Positions 56,083 through 64,000 of a stretch of DNA of 64,000 bases are shown here, in pieces. The DNA is from Rhynchopus sp. YZ270_cl-10. Taxonomy: Eukaryota. The stretch spans positions 1,240,001 to 1,304,000 of the forward strand of contig OZ037836.1 in the NCBI GenBank assembly GCA_964035575.1, written 5' to 3'. Position 1 is the first letter of the stretch; each line of letters starts with the position of its first letter. The notes beneath the pieces are model-generated. The model ran no database searches. It was not told the origin of the DNA and saw nothing but the letters and a program-made list of their open reading frames with translations. The translations under genes and the position numbers were made by a program.

Positions 56083-56520
56083 GTACCAGTTGGCACAGTG
56101 TACCACAAGGCGCTGGAAGGATACACTGCTGTGCGTTTAGCCTTGGCGGACGATGTGGACAGGAACAGAATGTTCCTGACGTGTCGTGCAAATTGTATCA
56201 CAAGAACACCATTCGCCTCCACACGGTGCACCAGTGCACAAAGGAGATGGCCCGTTGGCTCAACCTCGACCATTCAAATCAATACACCAGTCACAGCCTT
56301 AGTCTGCTGCAACCACCGCTGCTGACTCCGGGTCCACCTCGGTGAGTATGATGCGCCACTTTGGGTGGCGAAGTGCACAAATGGCGAACCACTCTGTGAG
56401 AGAGTCTGCATTGGGAAGGGCAGAAATGGCAGGTGCCATCATGAGCCAGGATCAGCGCCAGAGGAAACACCCCCGCAGGAACCCCCAGTGCTGTCTACTG
56501 GGGTGGGTCATTTCGAGAAA
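56083..56520 (+). pseudogene. Second copy of the Crypton-like tyrosine recombinase fragment
   Basis: Near-identical to 54369-54811, with two 4-nt indels. Confidence 0.78.
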
Positions 56521-57385
56521 ATGGACAGGTTCTTGATTGATACAAATTTTGGTCACTACCACTAGTGAGTTGCTCACAACGCTAAATGAGTGTCAGAACT
56601 GTGATTCTGGGCCCACTTTAACCGCCCTTTGGTCTAGTTGCATTTTTGGCTGCAAAATGCAAAGGGATCCCCAAATACGTTGGGAATATTATTTGGATGG
56701 GGCAGTGATTTTGTACCTGCATACACCCTCCCTCTGTGGCAACCGTGTGCATGCCAATGAAGTGCTCTCTGGGGTTCGATAACCCGCGTGGAACCAGTGC
56801 TCAAAGATCGTAGTGCAATTTGGGGGAGGGGGGGTTTTACGCATCGACCCATATCATACTACAAATAAGAGTCCCCAACCCCACCCTGCCCTTGTTTGAT
56901 TCTACCCCACCTCTCCCACCCAGTCAGTGTCAGTGGCAGCAGCAGCAGTGGAAGCAGCAGTGTCAAAAACCGAGTGTTTTGTCATCGTCCACCATCAAGA
57001 TCGGAATGTGTGTTTGTGTTGCGTGCAGATTTATGCTGAAACCCACCTGGAATACACCTGGAATCACCTGGAATACCTGGAAAACCCCTGGAATTTCACG
57101 AAAAATCTGAGAAACCTGGAATCACCTGGAACTGGATCCAGATACTGCCCATGTCTAATCGAATCAATAGTTATTTTCTACCCCCAAAACGTCCAGAAAT
57201 GGATGTCAAAAGGGGGGAAACCCTTAGCCTGAAGTACAAGAAATGAGGTACGTGCACAATAGAAGGGAGGGGGATACACAAAAAGTCTCAAGACGTTTGA
57301 ATCATTTCCCACAAAGTATTTGTCCTCACAAAAGCAAACCCACCTTTCCCCTGCCCCTCTCACGCACCGTTACCTGCCCCGTTCT

Positions 57386-58086
57386 CAGTCTTTCCGCACT
57401 GAAGCATCTGAAGGGCCCCAGCCCACCTCTTTCATGTTGCTCCCAGCCCCCTCGCCCGAGCCACCGACCGACTATTTCCTTCCGTTGCACGCAACATAGC
57501 AGATGAAAACAAGGAGTGGGGAGAAGCTCCTGGTGGATCCGGCGAAGCCGGGGGCAAGAAGGAGTACGGAATAATGTGAGCAGTCGCGACGAGGCTGACG
57601 AAGTGCGTGCAGAGGCTCTACACATAGCATACTCTGTTCGAGTAGGCGTACACCCGAAAAGGATGAGGATGCACACTGCACACCTTTTTGCTTTTGTGCG
57701 ACCCGCCTTCTGCCTCCCCGATTCGTCTTGGTAAGAGGAGCGGGCATTTTCGTGGTTGAAGTTGGTGAAGACACGTCTCCGCTCACGACTTCTCGACGAA
57801 CCCCTTTCTGCACTTTTGCATGCCAAGAACCACCCCGTGAGTACCTCAGTGAGGAGTTGTCCGCAGAGGTTCTGCATCTCTTTGAATATCATAAATATCC
57901 ACCCCACCCACCACCGTGAGAAAGCTCAGACCCTTCTAGGACAGGAATTCTAGTTTCTCCGCCAGAGGTCCAGCAATTCCTGCACGTATCGCGCCGAGCT
58001 TGCGGCGAATTTACCTTTTATGCGCAAATTGTCAATATCACCATTCTTCATCAATAAGCGAACCCAATGAAAGAGCGGAAACACTG
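57386..58086. mobile_element. hAT-type non-autonomous element, 8-bp TSD
   Basis: CCCGTTCT|CAGTCTTTCCGCACT ... AGAGCGGAAACACTG|CCCGTTCT; empty sites in the intergenic repeat near 43231, 49825 and 60171. Confidence 0.9.
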
Positions 58087-58840
58087 CCCGTTCTGCAAGA
58101 AACCCGCACAGCCTCCACGCTGTCTCCACCCACCCCACGCAAGGAAGAACGCCAAAGGTGCTCTCGTGCTGCAACCACAGACAAGCTGAGGTGCCAGACA
58201 AATGCACGAAAGCACCCCACCGCCAGACACAGCTTCCCCTCCCATCATCACCACAAAACGCTCGAGGGAAGCGCCACACCCAAACCCCCCCACACTCACA
58301 ACACTGTGCACCTCCACCTCCCACACCCCTTCCTCCAGCACAGCACAAGAGTTCACTCCACACCGCAAGCACCCCAAGCACAGCAAAGCGCGTCTTCCCC
58401 CCTGAGTCCCCCCCAGTCACACCATCAAGTGAAAGCACGCCATCAGTGCATCAGAGCACACAACGGAAGCACTCGCCTCCGTCATCACACCTCACACCTC
58501 TTCGTGCAAGCTACCAAGAAGACAGTGAAAGACCACGTGGTGTCAACGAGTTCAGAGTGATGAATTACAAAACAAAAAAAGGGGGGTTGGGAAGGGAGGT
58601 ACGTTGTAATGAATAAGACATGGGTTTTTGTGGGGATTCTTTTGCAGCACAACGTAAAATAACACAATATGTGTAACGTCTTGCTCAGCACAGCTCTCCT
58701 CTCGCACCAAGTAGTAGTCTGTGCCACGGTGAGCAAGACTGTGCCCCTCTTCTTCTCCGAACCAGAGGACGCAAGCAGACATACTGCCAGAGACCCTCCA
58801 CCTCGGGGAGGTGCTGCCCTGCCACCAACACACCACGTCG

Positions 58841-59683
58841 TCATTGTGCGTGTCTCCGTCGCTTCTGGCTTTGCTCGGGGGATTCATCTCTGCTTCGTTT
58901 CGGACGTGCTTCAACCACAAGCTTACTCAGCTTCTCGTCGTTCCTCACTTCGTTGGACACAACACTGCTGCAGCCGGAAAGGTAAATGCTCGTCAACGAT
59001 CTGCACTGCATAGCAAATAGCGTAGTAGAAGTATAGGGATTCAAACCAATCGACGTCACATTGCTGAGTGGTGATAAATCTAGGGTGGTTAAGCTCGTGC
59101 AGCCGGAAAGAAAGCCGCCACCCGCCTGCGTCACATTGCTGAGTCGTGACAAATCTAGGGTCGTTAAGCTGCCGCAGTACGCAAGGAAGCCCCTACCAAC
59201 CTGCGTCACATTGCTCAACCCAGAGAGGTCGATACTTGTCAACGAGGTGCACTCTGCCAGGAACCTGTCTCCAATGCGAGTCACAATGGACTCAGCACTG
59301 AGATCAAGTCTCGTCAACGAAGTGCGTGCCAAGAAGTCATTCGGAATGACAGTCGCAACCTCCGCCTGCAGAAGCAAACACGCCACCTCAGGATCCCTCA
59401 CACTCTTCAACTTCTCGGCTGTGATGTCGGTCACACCCAACGCATGAAGCTCTGCAATGGCTTCGTACTTCTTCGTCTTCGTGAGGATGATTGTGTCACC
59501 AGCACTCAGCTGCGTCACGCCCGCTCCTTCTCCCATCGCTTCGCCTCCGAAACTCATGCAAAAGCTGTCTTCAGGCAACCCCATTGCAGTCGCCACCTTC
59601 CGCCGCAAGCCCTCCACTGTGTCATCTGCACCCACCTCGACTGTGTGCTGATTCGTGTCGAAACCCTTGATGTTCACGTCCAT
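58841..59683 (-). CDS. UBL-LRR protein, subfamily B, 5 LRRs, 280 aa
   Basis: Start MDVNIKGFDTN; intact ORF and tail. Confidence 0.87.
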   Translation of the reverse strand: MDVNIKGFDTNQHTVEVGADDTVEGLRRKVATAMGLPEDSFCMSFGGEAMGEGAGVTQLSAGDTIILTKTKKYEAIAELHALGVTDITAEKLKSVRDPEVACLLLQAEVATVIPNDFLARTSLTRLDLSAESIVTRIGDRFLAECTSLTSIDLSGLSNVTQVGRGFLAYCGSLTTLDLSRLSNVTQAGGGFLSGCTSLTTLDLSPLSNVTSIGLNPYTSTTLFAMQCRSLTSIYLSGCSSVVSNEVRNDEKLSKLVVEARPKRSRDESPEQSQKRRRHAQ

Positions 59684-60908
59684 GTCTTTGTTGTGGTTTT
59701 GTGTTGTGATCTCTGTGTGTGGTGGTGGGGTGTGGAGGACAACAAACCTGGGGTCGTTTTCAAGAACCTTGCCCACCAACACTGTGGGGAGAAGGGGTTC
59801 GAAAGGGCAAGACCACGACCGTTTTGGTCCTAGAAATTTAGGGGGAAAGGAATTATTGTGCTCGGTTGTGTGCACATGCGTATCGAACGTATGACGCCAG
59901 GTGTGTCGGTTGGTTAGGGGTAACCGCACATATCATCCTCACAAATAAGGCAACAACGGAACACCGAAATGACAACTTCGCAAACGTTGTCTCAGCACAC
60001 ATCCAAGGATATGCAACACAACGATGCCCACTGTCCCTCTCCCCAACCCACAACCCCCGACTTCAGATCTCTCACCTCTCCACCCCCTCTCCCTGAACCA
60101 GCGCCCTTCACAGACGTTCCCTCCTCACGAAAGCAAACCCACCTTCCCCTGCCCCTCTCACGCACCGTTACCTGCCCCGTTCTGCACAAGAAACCCGCAC
60201 AGCCTCCACGCTGTCTCCACCCACCCCACGCAAGGAAGAACGCCAAAGGTGCTCTCGTGCTGCAACCACAGACAAGCTGAGGTGCCAGACAAATGCACGA
60301 AAGCACCCCACCGCCAGACACAGCTTCCCCTCCCACCATCACCACAAAGGATCGAGGGAAGCGCCACACCCAAACCCCCCACACTCACAACACTGTGCAC
60401 CTCCACCTCCCACAAGGACATGCGTTCACCCCAAGCACAGCAAAGCGCCTTAAAACAGAGCGCGTCCTCCCCCTGAGTCTGCCCAGTCACACTATCAAGT
60501 GAAAGCACGCCATCAGTGCATCAGAGCACACAACGGAAGCCACTCGCCTCCGTCATCACACCTCACACCTCTTCGTGCAAGCTACCAAGAAGACAGTGAA
60601 AGACCACGTGGTGTCAACGAGTTCAGAGTGATGAATTGCAGAAAAAAAGGGGGGTTGGGCGGGGAGGTACGTTGTAATGAATAAGACATGGGTTTTTGTG
60701 GGGATTCTTTTGCAGCACAGAGTAACATAACGCAATGTGTGGAACGTCTTGCTCAGCACAGCTCTCCTCTCGCACCAAGTAGTAGTCTGTGCCACGGTGA
60801 GCAAGACTGTGCCCCTCTTCTTCTCCGAACCAGAGGACGCAAGCAGACATACTGCCAGAGACCCTCCACCTCGGGGAGGTGCTGCCCTGCCACCAACACA
60901 CCACGTCG

Positions 60909-61751
60909 TCATTGTGCGTGTCTCCGTCGCTTCTGGCTTTGCTCGGGGGATTCGTCTCTGCTTCGTTTCGGACGTGCTTCAACCACAAGCTTACTCAGCT
61001 TCTTGTCGTTCCTCACTTCGTTGGACACAACACTGCTGCAGCCGGAAAGGTAAATGCTCGTCAACGAAGTGCACTTCATAGCAAATAGCGTAGCAGAAGT
61101 ATAGGGATTCAAATCAACCTGCGTCACATTGCTGAGTGGTGATAAATCTAGGGTGGTTAAGCTCGTGCAGCCGGAAAGAAAGCTGCTACCCACCTGCCTC
61201 ACATTGCTGAGTGCTGACAAATCCAGGGTCGTTAAGCTCTCGCAGTACGCAAGGAAGTGCCTACCAACCTGCGTCACATTGCTCAACCCAGAGAGGTCGA
61301 TACTTGTCAACGAGGTGCAGTCTGCCAGGAAGCTGTCTCCAATGCGAGTCACAATGGACTCAGCACTGAGATCAAATCTCGTCAACGAAGTGTGTGACAA
61401 GAAGTCTTTCGGAATGAAAGTCGCAACCTCTGCCTGCAGAAGCAAACACGCCACCTCAGGATCCTCCACACTCTCCAACTTCTCGGCTGTGATGTCTGTC
61501 TCACCCAACGCATGAAGCTCTGCAATGGCTTCTTGCTTCTTCGTCTTCGTGAGGATGATTGTGTCACCAGCACTCAGCTGCGTCATGTCCGCTCCTTCTC
61601 CCATCGCTTCGCCTCCGAAACTCATGCAAAAGCCGTCTTCAGGCAACCCCATTGCAGTCGCCACCTTCCGCCGCAAGCCCTCCACTGTGTCATCTTCACC
61701 CACCTCGACTGTGTGCTGATTCGTGTCGAAACCCTTGATGTTCAGGTCCAT
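60909..61751 (-). CDS. UBL-LRR protein, subfamily B, 5 LRRs, 280 aa
   Basis: Intact ORF; upstream region replaced by a LINE 3' end about 44 nt before the ATG. Confidence 0.87.
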   Translation of the reverse strand: MDLNIKGFDTNQHTVEVGEDDTVEGLRRKVATAMGLPEDGFCMSFGGEAMGEGADMTQLSAGDTIILTKTKKQEAIAELHALGETDITAEKLESVEDPEVACLLLQAEVATFIPKDFLSHTSLTRFDLSAESIVTRIGDSFLADCTSLTSIDLSGLSNVTQVGRHFLAYCESLTTLDLSALSNVRQVGSSFLSGCTSLTTLDLSPLSNVTQVDLNPYTSATLFAMKCTSLTSIYLSGCSSVVSNEVRNDKKLSKLVVEARPKRSRDESPEQSQKRRRHAQ

Positions 61752-61794
61752 GTCTTTGTTGTGGTTTTGTGTTCTGATCTCTGTGTGTGGTGGT

Positions 61795-64000
61795 TTAATG
61801 CCTAGTGAGGGTAATTCTTGCGCAGAATATGGCCCTTAGGTGTGGGGGGGGCTACGTCACCTGCGAAGACCCCGCGGGGTGTTGCCTGTGATGTAGGGGG
61901 AGTGTGCCTCGTGTTGACGTGCTGTTATTGATGTGGCGTGTGTGGCACGTTCCGCAGCACTGGGCCAATGATTTCTTGTCTAGCAAGCATGCCCCACATC
62001 TCGTGAGTCTATGTTTCGTGCAGAAGTCCATCACAATGGCGCGGCCATCGCCTTCTGTGTGGTGTAGGCTGCAGCAGGTTTCTGGAGCGGCTCGCAGCGT
62101 CTTGCACGAGTTACATCGCACTTTGCCGTGGGTCAGACAAGACAAGGTTTTGGCGCACTTTCTGGCGTCTGGAGGGGCCGTGCGAGGTGGGCGGGCCCGT
62201 CCTGCAGCTCTGGCTTCAGTCGCTCTGCCTCGCCATCCTGCGGAGGCTTCAGTCCAGTCATCAGCGTAATGCTCTTGCGGCCGGAACTGGGCTGCCCAAG
62301 CCTGGGTCTCCTCGTACAAGAGGGAGCGGCGGTTCCCTGCAAAGGCTGCTATGTGCGACTGTAGGTGGCGCAGTACCTCCTCAGTTTTGCTGTTGAGAAC
62401 TGCTCGTTTGCTCACACCACTGGTCACCGAACCTCCGATGGCAGTAAGGCTAGTGACGTTGGTGTAGTGGCCGTACATCCAGGACTGTGGTTTGTACACC
62501 TTCGCAAAGGTCTGCATCAGCTCGCCCAGTGAGAGTGACTTGGCCAACGCGCTTTGCAGGAAGGTGTCGCGTTCCGAGGAGGCAGCGGCAAGTTCTGCTT
62601 GCTTCTGGTTCTCCACCTCATCCATTGCCTGGTTGCTGACAGCGTCAGCGTCCTTGTTTCGCTCTCGCGCGATGTGGCGGAACCCCAGGGTGAAACGGGG
62701 TTGAACCTCTCTGATCAGTTCTTTAGCCACGAGGAACAGCGGTTTGAGGAAATCGTTGCAGTCAGCTACCCCCCGGAGCTGGTCCACAATCAGCTTGGAG
62801 TCTCCGCTGATGGTGACCGGGCCTTGCAGCTCAGAGGGGAGTTCGTTGAGGAGGCGGAGGCCACTGATGACTCCTTCGTACTCCGCCACGTTGTTGCTTC
62901 TGGCTGAGGGAAGTGGGGTGGCCACCGATGCGCTCTTGACACCATCCACATATACCACCGCTCCTGCCCCAGCCCTCGCGAAGACAGTTTTGTTCTGTCT
63001 TGCTCCGCCGTCAAAGAACATTTCCACCCCGCTGTGGTCCGCGATATGGTCCCTAACCGTGCACGACGAGGTAGAGGCTTTGAACTGCGGATAGCGGCGG
63101 CTGCCAACGTCTGGGAGCGGCATTCCTGTGGTGAGCTCAAAGTCCACTGCCAGCTCGATGAGGCTGATTGAGTGTTCGGACCCGACGTGGGCCCACTGAA
63201 GTCCTCGCACCCAGGAGTTTAGTGCATGCCAAAGGTCTTCGTTGTGTTTCCACTGTTGACGGACGCTCTCGTAGCTGTAGACTGGGAGATGTACCTGTCT
63301 GGGCTGGGGTGAGGACCAGCCCCACGGAAAGCTCTGCAGCCGGTGGTGTCTGGCAGATTCTTCGGGGCGGTCGGCACGGATCTGTCGCTCTTTTACCACC
63401 TCCACAAAGAAGCGTTGGAGACTCCTGACGATGAAGCATCTGTCGTCCGAGTTTTGCGGTAGCGCATTGTCCCCTTGTCGGAAGGCTGGGGCCACCCCAC
63501 ATATCGACAGGCAATTTGGCCAATTGGTTCGATCCTGCGATGTGATGCTGTGCCTGGCTCGCACCGACGACCACGCCTGGCAGTCCCACCAAAGATGCTC
63601 AACCGTCTCTCGTTCGCCAGACACGCAATAGGGGCAAGATGTTGTGCTGAGGCCTGAGCGGCCCGTGGTGTTCACCGCACCCGCGATGACTGATCTGAGA
63701 ATGCCTTTCTGGTAGCCGGTTAACTCGTTAGCAGAGTCCTCTAACAGGTGCCTGGTTGTGTGGCCATCGACACCATGCTGCAGGCCTTCGAAGTCGGGGC
63801 GCCTGTTAGCCATTTTTGAGAGTATCTCCGTACGGAGGAAGTGGCGGGCTTCTGCCTCCATTCCTGCCACTTGCTTGTCTGTGAGCGTACTCAGCTCCAA
63901 GGTAGCAGCGTCACCTGCCTCGTTCACAAAGCTAATCGACGTTGGAGACTGCCATGTCCAGCCGAGTGCTCGCAGGGTGAGCGAGATGAGATGGAATGGG
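61795..64000 (-). mobile_element. Non-LTR retrotransposon, 3' portion (continues beyond the window)
   Basis: Similarity to the gene upstream region stops at 61794; ~57-nt 3' UTR with a stem-loop, ending ...GGCATTAA. Confidence 0.85.
61852..63999 (-). CDS. C-terminal part of LINE ORF2: CCHC zinc knuckle, RNase HI, Cys/His-rich tail
   Basis: CPYC...ETVEHLWWDC; FDGGAR...NNVAEYEG...GDSKLIVDQL...HIARERNKDADAVSN (D-E-D-D intact); frame open to the window edge. Confidence 0.9.
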   Translation of the reverse strand, partial: PFHLISLTLRALGWTWQSPTSISFVNEAGDAATLELSTLTDKQVAGMEAEARHFLRTEILSKMANRRPDFEGLQHGVDGHTTRHLLEDSANELTGYQKGILRSVIAGAVNTTGRSGLSTTSCPYCVSGERETVEHLWWDCQAWSSVRARHSITSQDRTNWPNCLSICGVAPAFRQGDNALPQNSDDRCFIVRSLQRFFVEVVKERQIRADRPEESARHHRLQSFPWGWSSPQPRQVHLPVYSYESVRQQWKHNEDLWHALNSWVRGLQWAHVGSEHSISLIELAVDFELTTGMPLPDVGSRRYPQFKASTSSCTVRDHIADHSGVEMFFDGGARQNKTVFARAGAGAVVYVDGVKSASVATPLPSARSNNVAEYEGVISGLRLLNELPSELQGPVTISGDSKLIVDQLRGVADCNDFLKPLFLVAKELIREVQPRFTLGFRHIARERNKDADAVSNQAMDEVENQKQAELAAASSERDTFLQSALAKSLSLGELMQTFAKVYKPQSWMYGHYTNVTSLTAIGGSVTSGVSKRAVLNSKTEEVLRHLQSHIAAFAGNRRSLLYEETQAWAAQFRPQEHYADDWTEASAGWRGRATEARAAGRARPPRTAPPDARKCAKTLSCLTHGKVRCNSCKTLRAAPETCCSLHHTEGDGRAIVMDFCTKHRLTRCGACLLDKKSLAQCCGTCHTRHINNSTSTRGTLPLHHRQHPAGSSQVT

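Noticed and set aside
57044..57135. CACCTGGAAT short repeats
   Set aside because: Possibly a transposon subterminal array, but no matching terminus or TSD was found
53098..59929. Long N-terminal extensions given by the ORF track for UBL-LRR genes
   Set aside because: The extensions differ between paralogs, and one is antisense recombinase DNA; conservation starts at MD(L/V)xIKG
19833..61751. Diversity-generating retroelement explaining LRR variability
   Set aside because: The RT is LINE-type with an APE domain, and I saw no template/variable repeat pair or adenine-specific substitution pattern

Overview
Eukaryotic nuclear DNA (GT-AG introns, no prokaryotic signals). The gene families look euglenozoan/diplonemid-like, which is an inference only. 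The window has three parts. (1) A dispersed/tandem array of at least 12 intronless minus-strand genes or gene fragments encoding an N-terminal ubiquitin-like (UBL) domain, 25-aa BspA-like leucine-rich repeats and a basic NLS-like tail, in two subfamilies. Flanks are near-identical, LRR number varies (5-10 in subfamily B), and there are hypervariable LRR positions plus a hypervariable C-terminal loop. (2) Three non-LTR retroelements, all inserted in or beside these genes and in the same orientation. One begins with a clear HDV-like ribozyme fold and encodes a ubiquitin-like domain ending RLRGG at the head of ORF1 and an OTU deubiquitinase-like domain ahead of APE endonuclease and RT. One is a non-coding retroposon with an 18-19-bp TSD, its own HDV-like fold and 203-bp tandem repeats. 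One is the 3' half of a LINE with RNase H and a duplicated Cys/His motif. (3) Many non-autonomous, partly nested TIR DNA transposons (TA, TAA, 4-, 5- and 8-bp TSDs, several confirmed by empty paralogous sites in the window), TE-borne microsatellites and two Crypton-like tyrosine-recombinase fragments. Ordinary host genes: a 3-exon HELQ-like helicase, an NPF-repeat coiled-coil protein and a receptor-type degenerate nucleotide cyclase. All calls come from reading the sequence by eye; no searches were run.
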